From positions 18,660-82,659 of the forward strand of contig JBBSPW010000001.1 of the NCBI GenBank assembly GCA_038258365.1: a DNA stretch of 64,000 nt. The letters are read 5' to 3'. Origin of the DNA: Burkholderiales bacterium (GTDB lineage: Bacteria; Pseudomonadota; Gammaproteobacteria; Burkholderiales; Burkholderiaceae_C). Made by a program: the position numbers and the translations under genes. The stretch's first letter is position 1. Each line of letters begins with the position of its first letter. Below, in pieces: positions 53,884 to 63,885 of the stretch. Under the pieces are notes generated by a model. That model had not been told where the DNA came from. It worked only from the letters and a program-made list of their open reading frames with translations, and made no database searches.

Positions 53884-54866
53884 GCCGCCACCTCGGCCGC
53901 CGGGACACCGACGCGCGAGATCCGCCGCTGCGCAGCGTCCAGCTCGGTTCGCAAGCGCTGCACGAATTTGGCCGCCGGCAGCACCTGCTTGACCGCGCCA
54001 ATGCCCTGCCCGCAGCCCCAGATGTCCTTCCAGGCCTTGCTCTTGCTCTCGCCGCCGCCAAAGCTCATCTTGCTGACATCGCTGGAGGGCAAGGCCATCG
54101 GGTCCATGCCGGCATTGCGAATGCTGGGCGCCAGGTAGTTGCCGTGCACGCCGGTGAAGAGGTTGCTGTAGACGATGTCGTCGCTGTTGCTGTCGACGAT
54201 GCACTGCTTGTAGGCATCGGAAGCGCGCGCTTCTTCGGTCGCGATGAAGGCCGAGCCGATGTAGGCAAAGTCAGCGCCCGCGGCCAGCGCTGCCAGCACC
54301 CCGTCACCGGTGGAAATCGCACCGCTCAGCGCCACCGGGCCATCGAACCACTCGCGGATCTCCTGCATCAATGCGAACGGGCTCTTCACGCCAGCATGGC
54401 CCCCGGCACCGGCCGCCACCGCGATCAAGCCATCGGCACCCTTCTCGATGGCCTTCTTCGCGAAGGTGTTGTTGATGATGTCATGCAGCACCACGCCGCC
54501 CCATGCATGCACCGCGTCGTTGACATCGGTGCGCGCACCGAGCGAGCTGATCACGATCGGCACCTTGTAGCGGGCGCAGACCTGCATGTCGTGGTCGAGC
54601 CGGTCGTTGCTCTTGTGGACGATCTGGTTGACGGCAAATGGCGCAGCCTTGCGATCGGGGTTGGCGCGGTCCCAGGCCGCCAGGGTTTCGGTGATTTCGG
54701 CCAGCCATTCATCCAGCTGCTCTGCAGGGCGCGCATTCAGCGATGGCATAGATCCGACCACGCCGGCCTTGCATTGCTCGATCACGAGCTTCGGGTTGCT
54801 GATGATGAACAGCGGCGCGCCGATGATCGGCAGCGGCAGGTTCTGCAGGATGTGCGGCAGCGGCAT
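53880..54866 (-). CDS. Nitronate monooxygenase/FabK-like FMN oxidoreductase
   Basis: PIIGAPL, AGAGGHAG, ALSGAI, YIGSAFIAT, WGCGQG. Confidence 0.85.
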   Translation of the reverse strand: MPLPHILQNLPLPIIGAPLFIISNPKLVIEQCKAGVVGSMPSLNARPAEQLDEWLAEITETLAAWDRANPDRKAAPFAVNQIVHKSNDRLDHDMQVCARYKVPIVISSLGARTDVNDAVHAWGGVVLHDIINNTFAKKAIEKGADGLIAVAAGAGGHAGVKSPFALMQEIREWFDGPVALSGAISTGDGVLAALAAGADFAYIGSAFIATEEARASDAYKQCIVDSNSDDIVYSNLFTGVHGNYLAPSIRNAGMDPMALPSSDVSKMSFGGGESKSKAWKDIWGCGQGIGAVKQVLPAAKFVQRLRTELDAAQRRISRVGVPAAEVAA

Positions 54867-54869
54867 GGC

Positions 54870-56645
54870 TCAGTAAGCCTCCAGGGCCATGGCAGTGACG
54901 GATCCGGCGCCTTCGACGATGCTGTCGCGCAGCCCGGGCGCCTTGTTCAAAATGTGGTCGGCATGAAAGCGCGCTGTGGCGATCTTGGCCTGCATGAAGT
55001 CGATTTCCTCGCCCGCCGCCAGCCGATCTTCAGCCACCATCAATGCGCGCGCCATCTGCCAACCTGCCACCACCGTGCCCGCCAGCATCAGGTACGGCAC
55101 GCTTCCCGCAAAGACATCGTTGGGTTCGGTTTTGGTCTTGACCACGACGAAGTCCACGACATCCAGCAACGCCTTTCGACCGGCCGACAGCCGCATGGCC
55201 ATCGCCTTGCACGCCAAGCTGTCACGCTGCTTCAGTTCGCCTTCGGTGGCCTCGATCTGCGCCGCAATCGCCCGCGCTGCTGCACCGCCGTCGCGCATCG
55301 TCTTGCGGCCCACCAGGTCATTCGCCTGAATCGCTGTCGTGCCTTCGTAGATGGTCAGGATCTTGGCGTCGCGCAGGTATTGCGCCGCGCCGGTTTCCTC
55401 GATGAAACCCATGCCGCCATGGACCTGCACGCCCAGGCTGGCCACATCCAGGCTCATCTCGGTCGACAAGCCCTTCACCAGCGGCACCAGAAACTCATAG
55501 AACGCCTGGTTCTGCCTGCGCACCTCGGCATCGCCATGCGCATGGGCCGCATCAAAAGCCGCCGCAGCCACCATCGCCATCGCGCGGCAGCCTTCGGTCT
55601 GCGCGCGCATCGTCATCAGCATGCGGCGCACATCGGGGTGGTGCAGGATCGGCCCGGCGCTGCTCAGTGAGCCGTCGACAGGCCGGCTTTGCACCCGGTC
55701 GCGCGCATAGGCCACCGCATGCTGGTAGGCGCGCTCGGCCAGCGCCACGCCCTGCATGCCAACCGCGAAACGGGCAGCGTTCATCATGATGAACATCGCT
55801 TCCAGGCCGCGGTTCTCATGGCCGATCAGCTGCGCCTTGGCCCCGCCATGGTCGCCGTACTGCAGAACAGCCGTCGGGCTGGCCTTGATGCCCAGCTTGT
55901 GCTCGATGCTGACGCAATGCACATCGTTTCGGCTGCCGTCCTCCAGCACCTTCGGGCAGATGAAGAGCGAGATGCCCTTGACCCCTTCAGGCGCGCCGCT
56001 GATGCGCGCCAGCACCAGATGCACGATGTTTTCCGCCAGATCGTGTTCGCCGTAGGTGATGTAGATCTTGGTGCCGAACAGCTTGTAGCCGCCGTCGGGC
56101 TGCGGATCGGCGCGTGTGCGCACCAGCGACAGGTCACTGCCGGCCTGCGGCTCGGTCAGGTTCATCGTGCCGGTCCAGCTGCCGTCGATCAGCTTCGGAA
56201 TGAAGGTCTGCTGTTGCTCGGGCGTGCCCACCGTCAACAGCGCCTCGATCGCGCCATCGGTCAGCAATGGGCACAGCGCAAAGCTCATGTTGGCGCTGTT
56301 GACCATCTCGATGCAGGCCGCACCGATCAGCTTCGGCAGACCCTGGCCGCCGAATTCAGCCGGGTGTTGCAGGCCCTGCCAACCGCCTTCGGCGTATTGC
56401 TTGAACGCGTCCTTGAAGCCGGGCGTGGTGGTGACTTTGCCGTCCTTGAATGTGGACGGATGCTGGTCGCCTTCGCGGTTCAGTGGCGCGATCACGCCTT
56501 CGTTAAGTCGTGCACACTCTTCCAGCACGGCGGCGGCCGTGTCGTAGCCCGCTTCATCGAAGCCGGGCATCTCTGCAATGCGGTCGATGCCTGCCAGCTC
56601 CTTCATCACGAAGAGCATGTCCTTGATCGGGGCGCGGTAGCTCAT
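54870..56645 (-). CDS. Acyl-CoA dehydrogenase (long, ~590 aa type)
   Basis: GTMNLTEPQAGSDL, GTKIYIT, EHKLGIKASPT, QVHGGMGFIEE, IYEGTTAIQA. Confidence 0.95.
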   Translation of the reverse strand: MSYRAPIKDMLFVMKELAGIDRIAEMPGFDEAGYDTAAAVLEECARLNEGVIAPLNREGDQHPSTFKDGKVTTTPGFKDAFKQYAEGGWQGLQHPAEFGGQGLPKLIGAACIEMVNSANMSFALCPLLTDGAIEALLTVGTPEQQQTFIPKLIDGSWTGTMNLTEPQAGSDLSLVRTRADPQPDGGYKLFGTKIYITYGEHDLAENIVHLVLARISGAPEGVKGISLFICPKVLEDGSRNDVHCVSIEHKLGIKASPTAVLQYGDHGGAKAQLIGHENRGLEAMFIMMNAARFAVGMQGVALAERAYQHAVAYARDRVQSRPVDGSLSSAGPILHHPDVRRMLMTMRAQTEGCRAMAMVAAAAFDAAHAHGDAEVRRQNQAFYEFLVPLVKGLSTEMSLDVASLGVQVHGGMGFIEETGAAQYLRDAKILTIYEGTTAIQANDLVGRKTMRDGGAAARAIAAQIEATEGELKQRDSLACKAMAMRLSAGRKALLDVVDFVVVKTKTEPNDVFAGSVPYLMLAGTVVAGWQMARALMVAEDRLAAGEEIDFMQAKIATARFHADHILNKAPGLRDSIVEGAGSVTAMALEAY

Positions 56646-56658
56646 ATCCTGCCTCCGG

Positions 56659-57591
56659 TCAAAGGGCGGCGACCAGCTCGGGCACCGCGGTGAACAAGTC
56701 GGCTTCGAGCCCGTAGTCGGCCACGCCGAAGATCGGCGCCTCGGCGTCCTTATTGATCGCCACGATCACCTTGCTGTCCTTCATGCCGGCCAGGTGCTGG
56801 ATGGCACCGCTGATACCGATCGCCACATACAACTGTGGCGCGACGATCTTGCCGGTTTGCCCCACCTGCCAGTCGTTGGGTGCATAGCCGGCGTCGACCG
56901 CGGCACGGCTGGCACCCAATGCCGCACCCAACTTGTCGGCCAGCGGAGTCAACACCGAATCGAACTTGTCGCTGCTGCCGAGTGCGCGGCCACCGCTGAC
57001 GATGATTTTGGCTGCAGTCAATTCGGGTCGGTCGCTCTTGGCGATCTCGCTGCCGACGAAGCTGGACAGCCCCGCATCGGCCACCGCGTCCAGCTTCTGC
57101 ACTTCGGCGCTGCCACCGCTGTCGGCGGCGGCATCGAAGCCGGTGGTGCGCACGGTGATCACCTTGATGGCATCCGTGCACTGCACGGTCGCGATGGCAT
57201 TGCCGGCATAGATCGGCCGCTCGAAGGTGTCGGGGTCGACCACCTTGATCGCATCGCTGACCTGCCCCACATCCAGCAGCGCGGCCACGCGCGGGGCGAT
57301 GTTCTTGCCGCTGGCGGTGGACGGAAACAGAATGTGGCTGTAGTCCTTGGCCACTGCCAGCACCTGCGCCGCCATGTTCTCGGCCAAGCCGTGTTCCAGC
57401 CCCGGCGCATCGGCATGCAGCACCTTGGCCACACCGGCGATCTTGGCAGCCGCTGCGGCTGCCGGCCCGGCGTTGGCGCCGGCGACCAGCACATGCACAT
57501 CGCCACCGCAGGCAATTGCTGCGGTGATGGTGTTGAGGGTTGCACCCTTGATGGATGCGTCGTCGTGTTCTGCGACTACCAGTGCGGCCAT
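56659..57591 (-). CDS. etfA: Electron transfer flavoprotein alpha subunit
   Basis: [30 protein letters not shown]. Confidence 0.98.
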   Translation of the reverse strand: MAALVVAEHDDASIKGATLNTITAAIACGGDVHVLVAGANAGPAAAAAAKIAGVAKVLHADAPGLEHGLAENMAAQVLAVAKDYSHILFPSTASGKNIAPRVAALLDVGQVSDAIKVVDPDTFERPIYAGNAIATVQCTDAIKVITVRTTGFDAAADSGGSAEVQKLDAVADAGLSSFVGSEIAKSDRPELTAAKIIVSGGRALGSSDKFDSVLTPLADKLGAALGASRAAVDAGYAPNDWQVGQTGKIVAPQLYVAIGISGAIQHLAGMKDSKVIVAINKDAEAPIFGVADYGLEADLFTAVPELVAAL

Positions 57592-57592
57592 G

Positions 57593-58354
57593 TCAGATCA
57601 CCTTCGCTTCGGTCTTGAGTTTGGCCACCAGCGTGGCGACATCGGGCACCATCACACCGGCGCCGCGCTTGGGCGGCTCACTGACCTTCAAGGTCTTGAT
57701 GCGCGGCGTCACATCCACATCCAGATCGGCTGGCTTGAGGTTTTCCAGCGGCTTCTTCTTCGCCTTCATGATGTTCGGCAGCGTCACATAGCGCGGCTCG
57801 TTCAGGCGCAGGTCGGTGGTGATCACCGCCGGCAGCTTGATCTTCAAGGTTTCCAGGCCACCATCGACTTCACGGGTGACGTTGGCTGTCTTTTCGCCAT
57901 TCGCATCGGCCAGCTCGACCTTCGATGCGAAGGTGGCCTGCGCCATGCCGGTCAACGCAGCCAGCATCTGCCCGGTCTGGTTGCAGTCATCGTCGATGGC
58001 CTGCTTGCCCAGGATCACCAGATCGGGCTTTTCCTTGTCGACCAGTGCCTTCAACAACTTGGCAACCGCCAGCGGTTGCAGCTCTTCGGTGGTCTCGACC
58101 AGGATCGCCCGGTCGGCGCCGATGGCCATCGCGGTGCGCAAGGTTTCCTGGCATTGCAGCACGCCGCAGGACACCGCGATCACTTCGGTGACGCTGCCCT
58201 TTTCCTTGAGCCTGACGGCTTCCTCAACCGCGATCTCGTCGAAGGGGTTCATGCTCATCTTGACGTTGGCGATGTCGACCCCGCTGCCATCGGCCTTGAC
58301 CCGCACCTTGACGTTGTAGTCGACCACCCGTTTGACTGCTACCAGAACCTTCAT
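57593..58354 (-). CDS. etfB: Electron transfer flavoprotein beta subunit
   Basis: [49 protein letters not shown]. Confidence 0.98.
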   Translation of the reverse strand: MKVLVAVKRVVDYNVKVRVKADGSGVDIANVKMSMNPFDEIAVEEAVRLKEKGSVTEVIAVSCGVLQCQETLRTAMAIGADRAILVETTEELQPLAVAKLLKALVDKEKPDLVILGKQAIDDDCNQTGQMLAALTGMAQATFASKVELADANGEKTANVTREVDGGLETLKIKLPAVITTDLRLNEPRYVTLPNIMKAKKKPLENLKPADLDVDVTPRIKTLKVSEPPKRGAGVMVPDVATLVAKLKTEAKVI

Positions 58355-58408
58355 GGGTCTTGCTCCTGCTTTGTTTGACGGGGCCCGCGGGCCGCCTGAT
58401 CGAATTTC

Positions 58409-58414
58409 ATTCTA
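58409..58414 (-). promoter_or_regulatory. Putative -10 (TAGAAT) for etfB
   Basis: ATTCTA on the + strand, about 55 nt upstream of the etfB ATG. Confidence 0.5.
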
Positions 58415-58451
58415 GGCGTCGCACTTTTGCCGAGCACCGCCAAAGGGAAAG

Positions 58452-58471
58452 AATAGAACGATCGTCCTATT
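58452..58471. promoter_or_regulatory. 20-bp palindromic operator, FadP(TetR)-like
   Basis: AATAGAACGATCGTCCTATT, one mismatch from a perfect palindrome; upstream of etfBA-acyl-CoA dehydrogenase. Confidence 0.65.
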
Positions 58472-59762
58472 TTGCGTGTGCAGCGGCGATGCCGCGCTCA
58501 ACGTCGACCTTTCGCAGCACCACCAGCCCCGCCAAAAAGAAGACCCCGGTCGACAGGATCGCGATGCGCTGGTTGCCGCTGGCCAGCACCGTCACCACGC
58601 CGTAGGTGATCGGACCGATCACCGCCGAAAAGCGCACCGCCAGTGTCCACAAGCCATAAAACTCGCCGAGCCGCTTCGGCGGGGCGAACAAACCGGCCAA
58701 GGCCCGGCCCGCCGACTGGCTGCTGCCCATGCACAAGCCCGCAATCACCGCCGCCACCCAGAACACCGTCTGCGTGGTCGCTGCCACCGCCATCACCGTC
58801 ATCAGCACCCAGCCCCACAGGGTCAGCATCAATGCACGACGGTGGCCGATCCGGTCCTGCAGGTAGCCGAAGCCGAAGGCACCGACGGCGGCGGCGATGT
58901 TGACCAGAAAGATCAGCGCCATCGTCTGCGCCTGCTTGAAGCCCAGCACCTGCTCTGCGTAGACCGCCGCCAGCGCGATCACCACCGCGATGCCCGCTTG
59001 GTAGAACACCGCACACAACAGCAGCCAGGCGAAATCCTCGTAGCGCCGTGCTTCGCGCCACGTCTTCAGCAAGCGCGCGAAGGCACCTTCGACTCGGTCT
59101 CCGGCGGCCCCTGTCTGCGGCACCGCGCGCTCCTTCAAGAGCGCAAAGGTGGGCAGCGACGACAGCGCATACACCGCCGCGGTGATCAGCATCGTCACCG
59201 GCACGAAGTGGGTGGCGGGCAAGCCCTGCCCTTGCGCCCACAGCACATAGCCGAGACTCAAACCCAGCGTCAGCATGCCGCCGAAATAGCCGAAGCTCCA
59301 GCCCCAGCCGGACACCCGCCCCATCGATTCGCGCCTGGCCAACTCGGGCAGGAACGACGCGGTCAGCGACTCGCCGAACGAATAGAAGAGATTGGAGCAA
59401 ACGATCGCCGCCACCGCCAGCCACAGGTCGCCACGACCCACCAGCGCCAGCGCTGCGGTGGTCACCACACAAGCCGCGGTGCTCAGCATCAACAGCGGCT
59501 TCTTGGCGGCACGCAGATCGGCATACGCACCGATGGCGGGCATGGCGATCATCACCATCAGGTTCGACAGGCCGAGTGCCAGCGTCCACGCGAGCGTGCC
59601 CCAGGCCGCACCGTCGGCCACCACGCCGACGAAGTAGGCGTTGAACACCGCCGTCATCACGACCGTGGTGTAGCCCGAGTTGGCGAAGTCGTACATCGCC
59701 CAGCCGAAGACTTCGCGGCGTTTGACGCCGGGGTTCAGGGCGCTTTTGGCGAACAGGGGCAT
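58467..59762 (-). CDS. MFS transporter (UMF1/Atg22-like)
   Basis: REVFGWAMYDFANSGYTT, GRVSGWGWSFGYFGG, about 12 TM segments; start taken at MPLFAK. Confidence 0.88.
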   Translation of the reverse strand: MPLFAKSALNPGVKRREVFGWAMYDFANSGYTTVVMTAVFNAYFVGVVADGAAWGTLAWTLALGLSNLMVMIAMPAIGAYADLRAAKKPLLMLSTAACVVTTAALALVGRGDLWLAVAAIVCSNLFYSFGESLTASFLPELARRESMGRVSGWGWSFGYFGGMLTLGLSLGYVLWAQGQGLPATHFVPVTMLITAAVYALSSLPTFALLKERAVPQTGAAGDRVEGAFARLLKTWREARRYEDFAWLLLCAVFYQAGIAVVIALAAVYAEQVLGFKQAQTMALIFLVNIAAAVGAFGFGYLQDRIGHRRALMLTLWGWVLMTVMAVAATTQTVFWVAAVIAGLCMGSSQSAGRALAGLFAPPKRLGEFYGLWTLAVRFSAVIGPITYGVVTVLASGNQRIAILSTGVFFLAGLVVLRKVDVERGIAAAHAK

Positions 59763-59818
59763 GGGGGTTCCGGTGGCGGGACGGTCACGCAGAAGTTGAG
59801 CGGCCCGCTCGGTCGATG

Positions 59819-62800
59819 TCAGGCTGCGGACCATGCATCGGCGGCGGCCGACCGGCGCGCGCGGCCGATGGCTTCCAGCGTGGCGACGATGGTCGGCAGC
59901 CGGTCGCGCCAGCGGCCCCGGGCGCTGAAGTGCGCGGCCAGCTCGTCCAGGCTCAGCGGCCGGGCGGCGCTATTCAACACATAGGAGACGGCCTTGATCT
60001 GCTCCGGCAGACCGGTTGGCCACGGTCGGCGGGCAACCGGCGCGGTCGCGGGTGCATCGGCGGGGTCGGCTTCTTCGCTGTCGGTGCCGGTCAGCGTGGC
60101 CTGCGTCGATGCCGAGGCGGCAGAAGGATTCTGGAAGTCGGGCCGCAGCCAGCGCACGGTGCCGGCGGCCTCCTCGGCGGCGCGCTTGGCATTCAGATCG
60201 ACCAAACGTTGCAGCAAGTCACCGACCGCGACTTCGCGTGCTGCCGCTCCGGCTGTTGTGTGGTCTGCGAGCGCGGGGCCGAGGTCGGACCAGCCATAGG
60301 CTTCGAGCACCGCGGCGTCCAAGTCGTCGTGCAGGGTGCGCAGTACGCCGACGAGGCCTTGGGTGTGGATGACTCGCTCCGTTGGCGTCAATTGCTCGCC
60401 AGCGCGGAGTTTGGCGAGCACGTTGTAGATGCCGGTGAGGGTCAGTGTGTCGTAGGCAGCTTGCCGGCGCTTTCGATGGGCGTCGATCGTCTCCGCAAGT
60501 GTTCCGATTCGCTCAATGAGCACTGGCGTCAGACCGGTGTCGTCTGACGGAAAGGCAAATGCATCGAAACAAGTCGTCTTGCTGTAAACGGAATCATTTC
60601 CGACACCCAGCCAACCGCCTGTGGCCAACGCCCAGGCTGCGTGGACTGAATTTGACAACATTCCGAGATGTAGCTGCTGATCAGTGGCAATCGCGACGAG
60701 CTTGTTGTCTGGCAAGACCGCAGCAGGAAGAAACTGAAAGACTCGGTGCCGCATCGTCTCGACCGTGACCACATACCTATCAAGAGTCGCGAGCGCTCTT
60801 CGCAGCGCCGGTCGCGGTTTGCCATGAAGCCACCACAACTTCGCGTAGGCCGCCCCATCCTTTGTGGACGCACCAACATCGCGCGCCGGCCTGACTCGGT
60901 CGTACAGCCATTGGTAGACAGCTGGGAACTTGTCGCGGGTCTTGGCCTCATCGAGCCCGAAAAGGTCAATCACCATCACACCACGCGAGCGAGCCATGAG
61001 ATCACGGCCGTTTCGATAGGCCCGGATGTGGAATTCGAGACCTGGCGTCTCCCCAAATCCGAGCGATCGTGCTTGCTCTGTCGTCACGATGAAGCCGGCT
61101 CCGTGAAGCTTGACACCAGGCGAGGACAAGCCAGACATCGCTCTGAGTGGCCGCGCAATGTCGACGTTCGCGCCAATCTGCAAATTCGCGTGGATCAAGC
61201 CGAGCGACTCCGACAAGCTGACGAGCACTTCGCCACTTCCAGCAGTGCTTTCGCTTGTGATGTTCAACAAACGGCCGTCTTGTGATTCCTTCGAACCCAC
61301 CGTCATCGCGATGCGCACAGCAGCGCCATTTGCGCTGTCGACCCAGGGATGGTCGGGTAGCGCGAAGATTAGGGTAATGGGCGGGGACGCGCTCTGCTGG
61401 GCTTCGATGACTCGTCGATTGAATATCTGGCGAAGACCATTTGTGGTGATCAATCCAAACTGCAACGCGCGCCCCAACCGCACCGTCTCAGCGGCGCGAT
61501 GCCACCAGTACATGACGAAGTCGGCACTCTCTGGTACCGCAGGCCACGCCTGCCGAAGCGCTTGCGTGTAACCATCGCCCAACGCCGCACGCATGGTGCT
61601 CGCCCCAATGAACGGCGGATTCCCAACAATGAAATCCGCCGCCGGCCATCCCGCCGCACGCGGGTTCACATAGCGCCACTGCGGCACCACCGCCCGCTCG
61701 TCCGGCACCTTCGCACCGGTGACCGGGTGCAGCTTGAAGGTCTGGCCGTCCCAGCGCGTCACCACTTCACCGGCCGCGTTGCGCATCGGCTCCTGGCGGT
61801 CCCAGGTCAACACCGCGTCGCGGCACTCGATGTTTTGCCAGTCGTGGACCACCGGCTCGGCCACGCTGGCGCTGCCGAAGGTACGGATGTGCCATTGCAA
61901 GTAGCCGATCCACAAAACCAGCTCGGCCAACGCGGCGGCCCGCTCATTGACCTCGATGCCCAGCAGCTGCTGCGGGGTCACGGTCTCGCCTTCGAAGCCG
62001 AGGCGCACCTGCGTCTCGCCCAGCGCTTGCAGCTGCTCCATCACCTCGCCTTCCAGCCGCTTCAGGTGTTCCAGCGTCACATAGAGAAAGTTGCCGCTGC
62101 CGCAAGCCGGGTCCAGTACGCGCACGGTGCACAGCCGGTGGTGAAAGGCTTTGACCGTGGCGCGGGCTTCGGCCAGCTTGTCGTCGTGCTTCTTGCCATC
62201 GAGCCCGCGGGCCTCGATCGACAACAGCAGTGCGGCAGCCTGGGCATCAGCCCATTCGGCGCGCAGCGGCTCGACCACGGTGGGCAGCACCAGCCGCTCG
62301 ACATAGGCGCGCGGCGTGTAGTGCGCGCCCAGCGCATGGCGCTCGGTCGGGTCGAGTGCGCGTTCCAGCAGAGTGCCGAAGATCGACGGTTCGACTTCGC
62401 GCCAGTTGGCGGCTGCGGCGTTCAGCAGGCCGTCGATCTGGTCGCGGGTCAGCGGCAGCACATAGTCAGGCTCGGCGCTGCCCTTGAAGAGCTTGCCGTT
62501 GAAGCGAAGCAGCGGCGCGGTCGCAGTGGCGCTGAAGCCACCACGGTCCATGTCGGCCCACAACGCAGCCAGCATGTGGCGCAGGGTGTCGGGCTGGTCG
62601 CGCCACTGGCGCAGCAGGCTTGAAAACGTACCCTGCCCGTCGGCATTGCTAGGAAGCAGGCCTACGTCTTCGGCAAACATGCTGAACAGGCAGCGTGTCA
62701 AGAAGGCGGCCACTGCCTCGGGCGTATGTCCGGTGTTGCTGCCCGTTCCAGAGCGAGTTCCTGAGCCACCCAGACTGCGGGCCAGCTTTGCAAGTTGCTC

Positions 62801-63394
62801 GGAAACCTGCCTCGTGACCTTGGCACTGGCCCGCGCCGGGTCGAGCGCCATCGGGTCCTCCCACAACAAACGCAGCCTTTCGCGCAAGGCCGCGTCGCGC
62901 AGGTCGGGCAGTCTGATGCGGTGGCTGCGCGCGTCCGGAAACGGCGTGTAGGTGGCGCCGCTGCGGGTGAACTCGGCATAGACCTCGATCACATGCCCGA
63001 CATCCACCACCACCAGGAAAGGCGGGCGGCCTTCCGCTGCGGGCAGCGCGCGGGCATAGCCTTCGGCTTGCTCGCGCGCCCTCATCAACGCGGCGTCGAA
63101 ACCTTTGGTGTGGGCGGCAGCTTTGACGTCCTTGGCTTCGAGAACGAAGGCGCCGCGCCGGTAGCAGTCGATGAAGCCAACGCCGGTGCTGCCGTCGCCA
63201 TGTGCGAACTGCACACGTCGCTCGTAGACATAGGCGTTGTCCTGGACATCGCTGCGCGACGGCTGGGGCGCGGCTACCCCCAGAACAGCACACAACTCAC
63301 CGATGAAGATCTGGTAGTTGGCCCGCTCGGAGCCGGAAATGCCATGCCATTTCGCGACGAACGCTTCGACTTCGGCTGCTGTGTCGGCGCTCAT
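59819..63394 (-). CDS. MmeI-like Type IIL restriction-modification fusion (PD-ExK endonuclease + N6-adenine MTase + TRD)
   Basis: [10 protein letters not shown]; nuclease D...EAK ([15 protein letters not shown]); GAHYTPR; motif [10 protein letters not shown]; motif IV GNPPF; [14 protein letters not shown]. Confidence 0.9.
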   Translation of the reverse strand: MSADTAAEVEAFVAKWHGISGSERANYQIFIGELCAVLGVAAPQPSRSDVQDNAYVYERRVQFAHGDGSTGVGFIDCYRRGAFVLEAKDVKAAAHTKGFDAALMRAREQAEGYARALPAAEGRPPFLVVVDVGHVIEVYAEFTRSGATYTPFPDARSHRIRLPDLRDAALRERLRLLWEDPMALDPARASAKVTRQVSEQLAKLARSLGGSGTRSGTGSNTGHTPEAVAAFLTRCLFSMFAEDVGLLPSNADGQGTFSSLLRQWRDQPDTLRHMLAALWADMDRGGFSATATAPLLRFNGKLFKGSAEPDYVLPLTRDQIDGLLNAAAANWREVEPSIFGTLLERALDPTERHALGAHYTPRAYVERLVLPTVVEPLRAEWADAQAAALLLSIEARGLDGKKHDDKLAEARATVKAFHHRLCTVRVLDPACGSGNFLYVTLEHLKRLEGEVMEQLQALGETQVRLGFEGETVTPQQLLGIEVNERAAALAELVLWIGYLQWHIRTFGSASVAEPVVHDWQNIECRDAVLTWDRQEPMRNAAGEVVTRWDGQTFKLHPVTGAKVPDERAVVPQWRYVNPRAAGWPAADFIVGNPPFIGASTMRAALGDGYTQALRQAWPAVPESADFVMYWWHRAAETVRLGRALQFGLITTNGLRQIFNRRVIEAQQSASPPITLIFALPDHPWVDSANGAAVRIAMTVGSKESQDGRLLNITSESTAGSGEVLVSLSESLGLIHANLQIGANVDIARPLRAMSGLSSPGVKLHGAGFIVTTEQARSLGFGETPGLEFHIRAYRNGRDLMARSRGVMVIDLFGLDEAKTRDKFPAVYQWLYDRVRPARDVGASTKDGAAYAKLWWLHGKPRPALRRALATLDRYVVTVETMRHRVFQFLPAAVLPDNKLVAIATDQQLHLGMLSNSVHAAWALATGGWLGVGNDSVYSKTTCFDAFAFPSDDTGLTPVLIERIGTLAETIDAHRKRRQAAYDTLTLTGIYNVLAKLRAGEQLTPTERVIHTQGLVGVLRTLHDDLDAAVLEAYGWSDLGPALADHTTAGAAAREVAVGDLLQRLVDLNAKRAAEEAAGTVRWLRPDFQNPSAASASTQATLTGTDSEEADPADAPATAPVARRPWPTGLPEQIKAVSYVLNSAARPLSLDELAAHFSARGRWRDRLPTIVATLEAIGRARRSAAADAWSAA

Positions 63395-63489
63395 GGTTCC
63401 TATGTCACCGCGCAGTGGGCCGGAAGGGCACGGCTCCTTGCACCGCAGGCTGCCAGCCCGTGGAAATTGCGAAGCAGCCTTTCTCTAGC

Positions 63490-63885
63490 CTAAGCATCGG
63501 AGAGCAAACGGGTTCGCTGCGGAAAGGCCTTCGACAGCTTGATGTCTGCTGTGGCCAGCCTCACATCAAGGAAGTTGGCCAACGCCACGTACTCGCAGTC
63601 GTATGCCGAACACCCGCTTTCTTTGCTGAGCCGCAAGACTTCGGCGGTTTCGACCTCGTACTCGTCAGAACCGATCAACGCTTCCGCCCGCTGAAACAAA
63701 ACCGCCGCATCGGCAAGCTCCAGCAAGTCGGTGCGAATGTAGGTGGCCAGAACATTGCGAAGTTCGCTGCGCCACAGCTTCGGGGCTGCCCACTGCGGCT
63801 CGCTGATCAGCAGTTGCTCTGCGCTTGCCGTGTGTTTGCCGGGAATCAACAGGTAGGCGAGGACGTTGACGTCCGCAACGATCAC
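63490..63885 (-). CDS. vapC: VapC-family PIN-domain toxin
   Basis: Acidic PIN residues in IVADVNV, SELRN, SAYDCEY and TAD; 131 aa; GTGA overlap with the upstream gene. Confidence 0.88.
   Translation of the reverse strand: MIVADVNVLAYLLIPGKHTASAEQLLISEPQWAAPKLWRSELRNVLATYIRTDLLELADAAVLFQRAEALIGSDEYEVETAEVLRLSKESGCSAYDCEYVALANFLDVRLATADIKLSKAFPQRTRLLSDA

Noticed and set aside
59819-63394. Possible BREX PglX or DISARM methyltransferase
   Set aside because: No brx/pglZ or drm genes are adjacent within the window, and the N-terminal nuclease motif and overall layout fit a stand-alone MmeI-like enzyme.
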